From contig CM082595.2 of NCBI GenBank assembly GCA_040954595.2, positions 1,077,690 to 1,141,689 on the forward strand: a stretch of 64,000 bases of DNA, read 5' to 3'. The translations under genes and the position numbers were made by a program. Position 1 is the first letter of the stretch; each line of letters starts with the position of its first letter. The notes below the pieces were generated by a model. That model searched no databases and was not told the origin of the DNA. It worked only from the letters and a program-made list of their open reading frames with translations. This DNA is from Balanoglossus misakiensis. Taxonomy: Eukaryota > Animalia > Hemichordata. Of this stretch, positions 1-20,860 are shown one piece after another.

Positions 1-188
1 GGGTGTATGAGCAGTGATGATGTAAATATGTTTTGCAACAGGCGAGACGAACTAACAGCCAGTCAAGACATGTACAATTTCAAAAATTCTAAAGGAAAGT
101 GTTTTGTTGTGGAAAGAAGGATGTCACTAACTGTTGTAGGGCTATGTTTGATTGGCTGGTATCAGACATTCTTTTTTCTTCCACGTAG

Positions 189-1998
189 ATGTATGGCCAC
201 AGCCCGGAACTCCTGCTGTCTTCACAAACATGCATGTTGTTGGTTCACCGTCTACAGAACAAACAGATTCAGATGAAGTGAGTAAAGATCTTTGCATCCA
301 TGATTTTCTGAACACCACATAATACTCAAACCACTATCTTTTCTTATATGAAAATTAAAAAATTATATTTGTCTTGCTCATATGTAGGAACAATGGATAA
401 AAATCACATTGTCATTCTCTCACATTTTCAGATTTACAGGATGAAGTCGAAACCGAGAGGCCTGGCTTTCATTCTCAACAACAAAGTTTTCACAAATGGA
501 ATGAAGAGACGAGAAGGATCTGACATTGACTGTAAAAATTTACAACATGTTTTCAAAGAGATGGGATTTGAAAATTATGTGAAGTATGACTTAACAGGCA
601 AGGTATGGTGACTTTCCAAATAATATTTCTGAAGGGTTAACACAGGGTTTGTAGACTCTGGAAGGAAACTGGAACATACAACTCATGTTTTCCATTTTTA
701 TTTTGCAGGAAGTACTTGCTGCTTTACATCAATTTGCACAAATTGATCATTCAAAGTACGACTGTTGCATCATTTCAATTCTGAGTCATGGCATTCATGG
801 TTCAATCTATGGCACTGATGGAGACCTGATCAAGATTGAAGACATCACAAGCAAGTTCAATGGTAGCAATTGTCCAAGTCTCCTTCGTAAACCAAAGTTA
901 TTTTTCTTACAAGCGTGCAGAGGAGGTATGTGATAAGTGTGTTACTTTGGCTGAAGGTTATATAAGTCATTGGGTTGAGATAGTATTTCTGAGATTTTTA
1001 GAAACATAATTATGTGAACAATATAAACACAGCTCATTTTAATCCAAAAATATTATTTTTGTACAGAGTCATTCGACAGAGGTGTTAAGGGAGACGCAGT
1101 GGATGCTGCCCGGAATATTCCACTTCCGGAGTCCAATCAGGGAAGGATGGAAGTAGAAGCTGAGGCTGCATTGACCACGGAACAAGAAGAAGAACTGGCA
1201 CAAGAAATGCTGAGACACGAATTGGATGACACAGACGCCTTTGCTACTCAACAGACAGTACCTAATGAAAGTGATATGCTCTTGGCTTATGCCACTGTAC
1301 CAGGTACAATCACTCACTGATTTTTCTAAAGTTAACCTGAGAGAGTTCTTGATCCAAGAGAGAAGCAGAGTGATGTGTAATACTTGATGTGATTGGTCCA
1401 CATGGTTTTGAGCTTTGCACTGAAGCATACACACAGCCAATAGGGATTGTTCACACAAGGCTGCTTTACATTTTATGCATTGCTATACTAAACATAACCT
1501 CTTGTTTCATTCAATCTGTCTGTGTTTCCTCATCAGGTTATGTGTCTTGGAGGAATTCCGAGAGAGGCAGTTGGTTTATCCAGGCAATTACAGAAGTCTT
1601 CCTTGCAAAGGCGTCCTCTGAAGATCTCCTCTCCATGATGACCATGGTGCGTGGTCCTATTATACATCTCTTTTGAGAATTATTTCAAATACAATGTATT
1701 TATCCCAACTGAACTTTTCACATTATCTCCAACTCACAACCCACCAATCATGGCAAATCAACTTAAACTATAGCTCAGATATCCATAACAAAAATGACGT
1801 GAATTCGTGATTGCTTTCAAAGTAACTTTGACCTGTCTCATCTTCATCCTTTTACAAATCACATTTTCTTGTTCATTTCAGGTCAACAACAAAGTTGCTA
1901 TAGCTTTTGAATCATCGTCAGGACGATGTAAACAAATGCCGGCACCTGTTACCATGCTCACCAAGAAGCTTTACTTCTTCCCAGGAAAATTTCCATAA
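189..1998 (+). CDS. Initiator caspase (caspase-9-like), 3' part; prodomain exons lie upstream of the window
   Basis: GT-AG exons ~189-277, 432-602, 709-925, 1067-1303, 1537-1646 and 1882-1998 splice in frame. Catalytic motifs ILSHG and KPKLFFLQACRG; small subunit [27 protein letters not shown] and KQMP...LTKKLYF. FNGSNCPSL and VSWR resemble caspase-9, but caspase-2/8 cannot be excluded. Confidence 0.9.
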
Positions 1999-2252
1999 TG
2001 AGTTTTTTTTTCTCTCACCAAGGAGTCCCCAAAGATTGTACATATACTTGTGTGAAATCATGTAAATGATGTAACCATGGATACACTAGAGAGAATGACC
2101 CCGCGTTGTTTCTGAAAGCTCTAAGCAAAGGTCAATGGTTAGGGTCTTTCTGTCTCGTGGTCAGGGTGTAAGTAACTAATGCTTAAGTTAAGAAACATTG
2201 CCTGTCTATATAAAGGTTTACAAACAAAATTTTGCATGAATAATATACTTAA

Positions 2253-3942
2253 GGTTGAGATGTACCTTTTATGACACTTGTTTTTAATCGATTTTTTCTC
2301 CTTGTATTTCATGTTTCCCACCAACACATTATATATTTTCTGTTAGCTCTATACTTGAAGTTTATGAAAATCTGGTTTATTTTCCAAAATTTCTGTTCTC
2401 TTTCTCGTTTTGCTCAAAAATACACGATTTTAAGTTTTTTTACTCAAAGGCTTGGCAATAAAAAAAGACAATGCCTCCAGGTGATCTGTTACCGGCAATC
2501 GACAGCTGGGTATAGTGGTAAAAATACCGGGTCATGGAATTTTGATATTCACTTTTGTTTTCGAACAATGAGCCTTTAAAGTGTCAACTGTCGATTTTTG
2601 CATAAATTATCGACTTTTGTTCACTTGTGTGGTGATTTCTTTTGTTCTATCAACTTTATTGGAAATCCGCTCGTGGGGTTTGGAGACAGGTATTGTTCCC
2701 TTACTCAGGCCAAAAATCAGAACAATCTGTGCACGCGTTGCTAAGTTACACTCTTTTGAAGTTGCACTCCAGAGCCCAAAACCGAACAGAGAAAATCGAC
2801 AATTTGTGTGAACGGCACTTTCAGTTGGAAAAAAACGATCATAAATAGCACTTACTCACTGCTTTGTTATGTTTTAACGAAGTAGCATAATACTAGAGAC
2901 TTTAGACCAAGTCATTTTCATCTAGAACATTTTGCAAGTTCATAAATTAGTGGAAAATCGTGGAAAAAAACGACATCATTACGGACAGAGTACAATAATG
3001 AGGTTGGTTTGTTTATTCGGCAAACAAGGGACTGTTAATCCCTGCCACTGATAACTTCTCCAAACGACACTAAAGCCCGTTAAGTATACACTTCTGTAAA
3101 CCCATTTTAATCTTATTTTCTCACTCCTACCATAACATGTAAAATTAGTAATTGTACATTTGCGGGCGTTTCATTGCTCTGTGTCCGGTAAATTAGTCTA
3201 TGACACGGAACATGACGATCGAGCCCTGATGGAAGCCATACTCTACCATCATTCTGGAAGTCGCTAGACAAAGCACGCCTGTCAAACTTCCTGTTTCAAA
3301 ACTGAAAATTTATGCATCGGCATCGCTTGACACATCCACCTATTTCATGCAATGGATTAGTTGTTCAGTTTATCGACGGTTGTGACATTGTAAGCTGCAC
3401 CAGCAACAGCTTTCTCGACAAGATGAGATAAGCAACACTGGTCACAACTAAACGTTCTGTCATGGAGCATTTCCAAAAAGTTCATAAATTAGTGGAAAAT
3501 CGTGGAAAAACATGTAATTAGTAATTGTACATTTGCGGGTGTTTCATTGCCCTATGTCCGGTCAATAAGTCTGTGCCAATGGAGCATGATGTTCGAACCC
3601 TGATGGAAGCCATAGTTGACCATCATGCTGGAAGTCACTAGACAAAGCACGCCTGTCAAACTTCCTGTTAACTAGCCTAACTTTGGAAAAGTCAGATTTG
3701 CATATCTGGGCTCCTGTGAATTGGTTAGCAAACTCCAACACTAATCTGGTAACAGTTAATCCGGAATGTTTATAACTGTACACACAATTCTTAAAATATG
3801 TTACTTTTGATAAATTTACACATGTTTACGAATGTGACCCGCTAAAACTGTTTTAATAAAAAAATAATGCAAATTCTAATGGTTTGAAATATTGAAAAAA
3901 GTAAAAATCACTCAAAAAATGCAAAAAACCTACATCTCTACC
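2253..3942. mobile_element. Non-autonomous DNA transposon, Kolobok-like (TTAA target site, GG termini), ~1.7 kb
   Basis: TTAA|GGTTGAGATGTA at 2249 is inverted to TACATCTCTACC|TTAA ending 3946. No coding capacity. Internal direct duplication (~2930-2970 plus ~3135-3295 repeated at ~3475-3668). Confidence 0.65.
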
Positions 3943-5026
3943 TTAAATATCATAAGGAGTTGCTTCATACAAATGATCAGTTGATTGCTCCATTGAATGA
4001 TCTCCATTGAATGATCCAATTCTGATTAAATCGTAGCATAGCATCCTTCATGCTATTTTATTCCCCCAAAACAACTCTATCAAATCAGAATTATTTCAGT
4101 TGATGTAATATGTTGTATATCTTTCATTTTTCTACCCCTGAAGTATTTTGATGAAACTTTTTGGCTGACATATCATTTGTTGTCGTATATTTATTCTGCG
4201 CTTGAAAGTTTTTGTCATTTTCATAGAAGAAATATCTGTATTTGCATGGCAACAGCAGTGAAGATCACCCAACAATGCCAAAGAGAGAAACAACCTTTGT
4301 AGTAGGACTTCAAATGTATTCTTATCTTAGTATAGCAATATTAATTTTATACCAAGTGGTATACAGACATTGTAGAAGAAAACATAATTTTAGAAATTGG
4401 ATTATAGTAATTTTAGAATAAAGCATGGCATTTAGGCTTAGTGAACTATTAGTATAAGTTGTATAATATTTGAAGGATATTAAAGCTGGATGCTGTACAT
4501 CTGGAAAACATGGGACGGATGTTGATTTATTTGCTCAACTAACACCATGAGTGAGTCTGGCCATAGTCTGACATACATCTCATGCTGTTTGTCTTTTTGT
4601 AGATCACCATATGTAATCTGGTTCCCTACCCCATTCCCACCGCTGGCTGCACTACGCTAAAGGGAAAACACATTACACAAACACAAAATTAATAATAACA
4701 CATTAAAATTATTTTAACATAATTGTGACCAGAACAAACCTCAAATTAACTTGTGTATTTTGCAACAGTCTGTAAATATCAGTACTTGGATGGACATTTT
4801 GCTTTACTTCCTTTGGCTTTTGGTAAGATGACGAAGTTTAAAATTATTTGTTTCATTTTTGCACTTCCAAACTTTCAATTAGGAAAGGCGTGGACGGGTG
4901 AAGTAACTGGCACAAAGTTCATGTTCATATTTTCTCATTTCTGAAAATATGACAATGCCCTTGAAAACAACAGCTTTTTCCCTGTTTGCCAAGTTAATAG
5001 AAACATATACTTGGATTTCCAATTTG

Positions 5027-6412
5027 TCAACGATTAAAGAATTTTTCAATTTGTTTCGTAAATAGACTTGGTGGTATAAGATTTGTCACAATGGGCAAGG
5101 CTGTCTTGGAAACCTCCATGGCCATTACAACTCCATCCCAAAACTGCAGCCGTAATCCACTCTTGGCACAATGCTGTGCAGGTGCATCTTTGTGATCTGG
5201 TGCCACTTCAAATACATTGGTTTCATGGTCACCTGACTCCAAAACCATGGTAACACTGCTGCCATACACTGCTAGAGTTGCATCATTCCATATCTGAAAT
5301 GTCATGCATACATGTACTGTAAAACAGGAAATTTTCGCGAACGATAAATTTTCGTGAAATTTCGAGAGGGCAAGAAAAATGTGAAGGAATCAGAGCAATA
5401 GGCAATCGTCAAGTATTAGCATAAACCTGTCGTAGACTGCAAAATAAATTCTTGACTTACTTTATTACCACCACGCTTTGAAATATCTGGAATGATATGA
5501 TTGCAAAACTTCAAGCATTTTAAGTCAGCCTCAGGCATTGCACCAAAATGTCTCATTGCCTTGGCAACATGGGAAAATGTAATGGCAGGATTACACTTCT
5601 CATAATACTTTGTTGGACCTGGCGAAGAAAAACAAAAATGTATACACCTCAGCATTGTTTCTTCTGTTCAGAGAGACTCTTGCCAAATAATACACCCTTT
5701 TCATAAGTCTACCACCCTCACACAGTCTAAAGAATGTGCTCACCCTTTTACCACCATGGTTCAGTCCAAGCCCATTGTTTTCTGTGGGACCTCTAAAGAG
5801 GGAACTGGGGGTGAAAGGGTTAAATCTATTGCTGTACCTGTATGTGATTCTGTATTCTCTGGAGAACTACCACTTGCTCCTTCTACCGAGCTGTCTTCTG
5901 TGTTTTGGGGACTGGCAGAGCCATTTATAACGCTGACATGTTTCAATGTTTGGTATATATCAAGAGAATCAGCATCTGGTTCCATTTCTTGTAAATGATC
6001 AGTTGTGGTTTCTGTGGGTTCACTTCCATCACGAGATACCGGGATGGAGGAATGACTGGGATGGTGATGGCATTCACAGTGATATCTTGGCCTCTCAACT
6101 CTGTCAAGGAAATAAAACATATCAAAATAAAGACAGGCAACCAGACAGATAGGTGCACAGGCAAAGCCAGATAGAGACATGTAGAGACAGGCAGACAGAC
6201 ATCAGATAGGCAGGTAAGCAGACATATAGATAGATACACACAGATGCGAACCGATCACAGAAGATTCCAACTGCTACTGGTATAATGGGTATATACCAAA
6301 CTGGAGCTAAAATTCCTTTCCCAAAGTACATACAGTAGTCACTAAGTCAGTATAGCAGCTCTTACCTTTTGGAGAGTTCTCTGTAGTATTCATAATATTC
6401 TTCCTCCTGCAT
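5027..6412 (-). CDS. Uncharacterised 244-aa protein (4 coding exons)
   Basis: Exons 6412-6366, 6100-5838, 5618-5461 and 5293-5027 have canonical GT-AG sites with compatible phases (2,1,0), totalling 735 nt. An in-frame TGA lies two codons upstream of the ATG. MQEEEYYEYYRELSKRVERPRYHCECHHHP...GPTKYYEKCNP...IWNDATLAVYGSSV...KFFNR*. No family recognised. Confidence 0.6.
5739..5823. mobile_element. 85-bp piggyBac-like MITE copy (intron 2 of the orphan gene)
   Basis: CCCTTTTACCACCATGGTTCAGTCCAA...GAACTGGGGGTGAAAGGGTTAA; same family as 20776-20860. Confidence 0.7.
6131..6242. repeat. Degenerate (CAGA/GATA)n tetranucleotide repeat
   Basis: agacaggcaaccagacagatagg...cagacagacatcagatagg in intron 1 of the orphan gene. 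Confidence 0.55.
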
Positions 6413-8518
6413 GTTTCAGCAGATTTTCAAACTGTACTGCAAGCAAAATAAACACAGACCTTATCACTCCTATCTACTATAAAGTCAAAGGTCAAGCAAT
6501 ATCGCCCTCTATATCTGTGCTAACAGGTGCACTGCCGTAACAGGGTATGAAAACACGACGCGATCTATCATCTGAACTAATATTTTTATTCACAAATTCC
6601 TCGTAAAACTTTCAATTGTATTAACGGAAGAAATACAGCGCTTTGACCCATCCAATACCAAAATAAAAATTTTACATTTTTTGTTACAAATTTATCAGTC
6701 AAAATTATATACATTAGGATATCTTCCGAGTCCAGCCAAAGGAGAAAATCCTCTTGAACCCTTTCACCCCCATTTCCCTGTAGATAGGTCCAATCTCACC
6801 ATTGAAAACAATAGGACTGCACCAAAGTTGGGTGGTGTAGGAGTTTACGGCCCACTATCTAACAATAGTATATCTGACATGACCAGGTAGACATATATAG
6901 CCAAGAAGAAAATCTCAAATGACAGTGACTATGGTAGCATTTATGTAGCAATAAAAAAATCTCTATTTTGTCTCGGGGATCAGACAAGCACATACAAGAA
7001 CTGGAGGACGTAAAAGTCATGATTTTTTTCTCTCTCGACTAAATGTTTGAGGTCAAAATATAGCTTGAGAGTCGACCACGATCAGAAGTTTATCTGAAGT
7101 ATGGTAAATAAAAGATCTAGTGTCAAGAAAAATCCTAATAAATTCATATATCTGCATAGCACAGAAAAAATGTAAAGTAATGATGTAAACTTATCTTCAT
7201 AGTAAGCTGATTTTCTGCAATGTAGGTTAACTAGCAGTTTTGTTAACAGAACCTAGATATTCATTCAAAAAAAAAATTCTCCATACTTCTAGACATGTGA
7301 TGTTGTCTACAAGTTTCTTTCTTATCAACAAATGATTCCTGGTCTCAAACAAAAAAACAGAATCTGAGAGGCAAGTTTCACAAACGCAGGAAAAGCTTCA
7401 ATAATTTCAAAACTTTGCAAAGTCTCTGTCACTTGATTAGGTAATGGCCAAGAGAACTGTACAAAAATGTAGTTTTGTTTTCTATACAAGACTCTTCAAA
7501 AGGAAAGACTTTGTTCAGTGATTGATGATTTCATTCCTTGAAAATGCTTCTTGGCGGACATTCAATTTCAACTACTTTACTAGGTACAAACCCAATGTAC
7601 ATGACAAATATAAGACAATTGCTTTCATCAGCAGCTTGATGTTGCTTCACATTATTTATAAATAGTTGAATATAAAATGTTTAAAATCTTGTTTCCATGG
7701 AAACTGCTGACAGCACCTCTTTTTGTTAGAGTATGACATGGGCCATACTTGATCATTGATGAAAAAACTCTTGTGTCACTTTTTACAGTCTTGTTTACTC
7801 TATATTGTCCGTACTCTCAGCATGTCACATCCCAGCTTTTAGCTGGATGTGCACACAGACACACACATCAAAACATGACTAGATTTGTCTTTCCTAATAG
7901 GCCGTTTTCATGACAGTCTCAGGTCATTATCAACTAGACATTCATATATTGCAAACAATGACCAACCACTCCAAATATCTCTGTTTTACAACAGTATCTA
8001 ACATGAAAAGACCACAACACACCATTCTCAGAATACACACTGAAATTCAACCACTGCCCACAACAGACAATAAATTCTGTTGCATCACACACTTGTGTCC
8101 GCTCAACATGTGGAAACAGCGCTCTGGTAAATAAAAACCTCTGGTTATACTCCAAGCATAACTATATTTCGCCTCATCTTATAAATATACATGCCATGAC
8201 AAAATATTTGCCATGCCTAGTGACAGTGATAAGGAACTACCACCTTTCGCATTTTGCAAAATTTCATCTTAAATAGTACTCATATTCAAACATTACTGCA
8301 TCAATTTTACTGTCTAATTTATACCTTTGTAATTAAACTTAAAAACCGATCAGATGCATTAATTCCTTGTCAAAGAAACCTTCTGATAGAATGTCTATCA
8401 GTCAGTTATACAGAATTCTAAATTCAGCAAGTCAAACATTTTCATAAGGGTATTTTGTGGCGTTCCTTATTTGACAATTCTGTTTATGTAAATGAACAGA
8501 CAGCACAAGTCTTTGTGC

Positions 8519-15835
<7,317 letters not shown>

Positions 15836-17869
15836 TTTTCATCTGCAAACAGGAAAACAGAAAAGATTGTTTGTCATTGATTCAAACTTCAATAAGCATG
15901 TGTTCCATCATGGATGTGCCAATAGAGTTGCTTGTTACCATAATTTAGTCACCTATGCAAATTTTGCCACAGTTACCATGGAAATTTGAGATCGAGCCAA
16001 AGCACAGACTTTCAGTGGGTGGCCACGTGAAAAAACACATTGTCACCCGAAGACTTAGATACATCCTTCTACCCCTTAGCAACGACAGGGCTGCATAACA
16101 CTGAGTGTAAAGAAGCTCCATGGTTTCCCAGGTGCGCTAGTAGGCTTGGCTTTGAAGGCTAAGGCATTTTAATCAACCAGGGAAGTGGCCGTGAGAATCT
16201 TATATTTATACTGCTGAGTGTTTTTTGTAAAGTTTCACTTCTCCCCTTAAGGCTACTTGCACATGTGCTATAGACAAGGCTTTACAATTAATAAGTACCA
16301 CTTGCATACATGACCAATAAAAGATCAAATACATGTTCTTGATGTGTAGTCCAACTTGATCCGCAATACACAATATCAATATGTCACTTTCATATTTGTT
16401 GTAAACAAGATAACTTCATCAGTTGGCAATGTGCCAGCATATAGCACAGAGGTTGTTGCTGTTACTATTTATACATCACAGTTGACTGACTGGTCAATAT
16501 GTCTGTTACTACGGTCGCATTGGATTATGCCTATGCCCAAATACTTTTCCCACATTATATTTTTCAATATTTTGAATTGCTTCTGAAGCAAAAATGGGAA
16601 GTGTTTGCATTACCATAATTTCATTACACTACATAATTTCAGACATTTTAAATACACATGTACATTTCAGGTAGGGATGGGCGTAGGTGTAATCCATTGA
16701 GAATGAAACAGACAGTGTTTGACCTGTCAGTCAACTATGATGTATTAATAGAAACAGAACAACCAATATTCCATAACAATAACCATACACATACAGACAA
16801 ACTGTCATTGAAGATTATCATGTTGAAATGATGACTTATATTAAAAACTCTGAAGCGCTTGGGGAAAATTCCAAATATTGACTGTTGTATGACAGTTTAC
16901 TGTCTATGGCAAAACTAAGTTAACTTATTATACCAATCAATGGTTTTCTATGGATTATCAGTTCCAGACATATATTGGTCATCAAGAGAAGCAAAACCAG
17001 TTGGCGATACAGCAATGGTATATCTAATGACCTGTACCACACTGCTCATGTGACGTGTTAAAAAATGGAACACACAGGCTGACAAACAAGTTTGTCCACT
17101 TCCGCAAGTGGGCTGATCTGTTTGCCTTTTGTTTTAAAACTTGTTTACTTCCTCGTCCCATTTTGTTTGTCTCACTTTGGAGGCCGATTCACACGTTCAC
17201 GCTAACCTCAGTGTCACAAGACGAGGTGTGATCAGTACACCTGCGACAGTTGTAGGGAATCACAGCATTTTAATAGCAACATACAACGCAGTCAGATTGA
17301 TAACGTCTCCAGCAACAAACGCCCTTTGACCTGGTCACGAACAAGAAGTGTGCCAATATGGCCAGCACACAGGAAACAGGTGTATTATATTCGAACTCAA
17401 GTGGAAAACAAATTTCTCGTTTCAACTGGACAGACTCGCATAACTATGAAGTCAAGGAAATAAGATCAGACTTTATCCAATACTGAAATTAACATTCGTC
17501 CTACAAAAACACAGTGTGTGTGAATGGCCTCTGTAATCAAGGTTGCAATTTGACCCCTATTCACATAGAGTACAGACAACTCTTTCTCGCCGCGGCCAAC
17601 ACACGAAATACCCGTGAAAACTATCGCGATCTAGTCTCCCAAACTGCGTGGGGGATTGTCAAACGTGTACAATACTATATTTAGGATATTAACTTCCCGA
17701 TCGCCGAGTATCGAAAACACGCCGGCATAAAATACAAAAATAAAACACCACATAGTCGATACTCGTGAACGTAGTAAAAAATATGTGAATGGCTGGCTTT
17801 GGGGAGCGTAAGAATGTACAGTAAGGGAGAGTAAATACTCAAAGAAGCGATGATAAGATCGATACTTAC

Positions 17870-18060
17870 ATATAGATCTCTTATACCACGGCTGGGGAAA
17901 TATTGAGTTAAAATCAGTCGCTCTTCATCCTCATTTTCAGTCGGGATCTGTGTACGCGGAAATGAAAGGTTTACGCGACCCACACTAAGCCTGAGCACAT
18001 CCCAGACAATGTATGTAACCTAACGCGTCAAGGACAGTAAACAAGCAAGTTCCGGTGTTT
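17870..18060 (-). promoter_or_regulatory. Putative PI3K promoter and non-coding first exon
   Basis: Minus-strand donor GTAAGT at ~17869; locally CpG-richer sequence; ETS-like CCGGAAC at ~18050. An acceptor lies just upstream of the ATG exon (~15843). Confidence 0.35.
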
Positions 18061-18626
18061 TGAAATGATACATTCGGATACCACGTGTCCAATTCCACGA
18101 AAGTATATTTTATCTGCTTAATCAAGCCCATTAAAAGAAATGAGAGATACAATTTTGCTAATTTCCCCCCAAAATAGTTTGTAAACAACTATGCGGATGG
18201 ATATATGGAGTGACTAATGGGTTTAACCATGCTAAGGGCGCGAGCTGGCTCAGACACTTTGACAGACTGAGTTCAGAGACCGGTTTATTTCACACTCGAA
18301 GTTCCACGAGAAGTTACAATGTCCACCCATATCATCTGGAAAATATAGAAATCAATCATGTCATCCTGAAAATATAGAAATCTATAATTTGCTTTCAAAC
18401 TACCCACCACTTCCAGTTGAAATCACTAATAACTGTCTCAGTGTTGCCTTGGTCATGGAACTTCGTGACAGTTCTGAAATATGTTTGTCTCTTTTTATAC
18501 TAGTTTAATCATAATGAAATTTCACACGACAATATGCTACAAGTGTACATTGTCAAACAGCTACTGTAAAATGTGAATGAGTACATTTTTCCTTTGTTTT
18601 TGTAAGACAGAGAGCAAGTTTTAAAA

Positions 18627-18718
18627 GTGTGAAATGTACATAATATTTGACGTTGATGAAATAAACCAATCGCGAAACAGTGTGAAATGTACATAATTTG
18701 ACGCTTGATGAAATAAAC
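18627..18718. repeat. Two-copy ~40-bp direct repeat
   Basis: GTGTGAAATGTACATAAT(A)TTTGACG(C)TTGATGAAATAAAC at ~18627 and ~18680. Confidence 0.7.
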
Positions 18719-20775
18719 ATTTATGGAGTTTATTGGGGTATATGTAACCTAAACAAGACAAAAAATGGGAAAATAATGGCAAGCTGCACCGGGCAGTGCC
18801 GCTATGGATGCGTCGGGAAACAGTTGCAGCAGGTACACGCTCCCCCCGGCGGGCCACAGGCAGGACTCGGAGACAAAGCCTACACAGAAGACAGCACGGA
18901 GTAGTGGAGAGAGATGCCCTAAATATACCCAGGTCACACGACACACACGCAGGCGGTTGTGATGACAGATAGATGAACAGTAGAGGTGATATCTCTGCAA
19001 CCGAGCGCGGAGCGTCGGGAGAGAAGTATGTGGATGCGATGTATGGACAATTTTCAGGGACACCAATCAGATATGCAGATCAGCCATCAGCGATCAATGA
19101 CATACATGTAGATACGGAGCCCCAAGGCGATTTCACACAACACACGCATCCGAGAACAATGCAGGAGCGCATTTCTATATAAACCGTGTCATGGCGTCGA
19201 AATCATTCTGTGTGGTGGGAAATAAAACCAGGGCAAATACCTTAGCTAGATCCATTAAACTGGTTTGACATTTGTAAAATTGCATATCATTGTTTGTTTC
19301 GGATACATACATAGCTGATTATTGCACAGGTGGGCTGATCCCCAGAACATTGAACTGGAAAAATTCTGGCAGGGAAAATGCAAATAGTTCTATCATGTGA
19401 TCAGAGAAACCCAATAACATGCTTGACAGTTTATCAGGCCTTGGTTTTCACAATAACATTATATTCAGTCTTCCAGGGAATATTAAAGTCACCAACCGAT
19501 TACTAGTAATTAGTTTCAACATTCGAAAGAAATGCTTTAGGAACTTCTGCAAGATCAGTTTTAAAAGTCATTACTCTTTGCCCAGAGTGTAGCGACTCTT
19601 GTGACATCAAGGTTTATAAACAACTATTAAGCGAGAACAAGTATTAAACAGTCGGAAATCCAGATATTAAGTGATGTGGTGAAATATCAGTTACAGTAAT
19701 TTCTGGCAACCTTGGAAGGTTTTTCTTGTTGTGGACAAACAATATCCCCCCAGCTGACTGGCAACATTGTTTGTTTAGTTTTCTTGTCAACATGTTTTTT
19801 TTCAGTTCTTGTTTGTTTTCTTGTTATTCAGTCTGAAGTCGCTGTGCTAGGTTTCCAGATAACAATTATCACACTTGTACGGTTCCAAGAGCCCAACCCA
19901 AATTTTAAACCTGAAACCTTTCCAAGCCATACAGTAGCGAAATCATGCAATTATGGTGGTAGAGATGCCATACAATGATATTTGCATATTAGGTGTTATG
20001 TATGAACTGACAACAACCTTCAAGAAATGCATTATTTCCAAGCTACCATTACCTACCACATGCACATAACTGGAACCTCATTTTTTTGTTTCACCACTAG
20101 GCAAAACAAACAAGACTTATAAAGACGAGACGAGAATGATTTCTTTGATTTCAATGTCTGGTAGAGATTTTATTATGAAAAACTGAAAATCTGTGTTGTT
20201 TATACAGTCTATTTTGAGTTGCTTTATCTAAGAAGACTGCATCATGGATCAGAAATCCTGAAACGCTGCATACTGTAAAAGATTTGAATTCACCAACTTC
20301 TGTTGAGTACACGATCAGGGATGAGTTGCCAAATACTGCCTTGCTTTCAAAATTCACCTATTCCATCATTACTAAAATGTCTTCCCACTTCAGAATTTTC
20401 ATGTAGCCAAGTATCTACTTACAAAATTACGCCTGAACAAAAACATGAACATTTGTTTGCAGCATTCAGTGTTTAATTAAATGACTCTGTGAACAGTATC
20501 TCTTGAAATATCATTTCTTGATAACTAAAACTATGAATAACTCAAAGATGCCAATTTTATGCACAGATTTGATCATCAAAGATGACCAGTTTTGGACTGC
20601 TTTTACATACTTTTCTGCAAGTATGTACTTAGGAAGCTGAAATTGATTTGGAACATTGGATTCGGGAAAGACAAATGTAAATTTTTGGAATGATGAACTG
20701 AAGTTGATGCTTTGCAAATGAATATGTATTTTGACAGTTTTTCCATCCAATGTAACTCAACAGTTTGGTGTTTAA

Positions 20776-20860
20776 CCCTTTCACCACCATGGTTCAGTCC
20801 AAATCCATTGTTTTCTATAGTAAGGTTGGACCCTTCAAGAGGGAACTGGGGGTGAAAGGG
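20776..20860. mobile_element. 85-bp piggyBac-like MITE, intact reference copy
   Basis: TTAA|CCCTTTCACC...GGTGAAAGGG|TTAA. Related copies at ~5739, ~6757, ~10857, ~36809, ~41982, ~44938, ~55095 (partial), ~60329, 61694-61778 and degenerate copies near 62515 and 62765. Confidence 0.8.
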
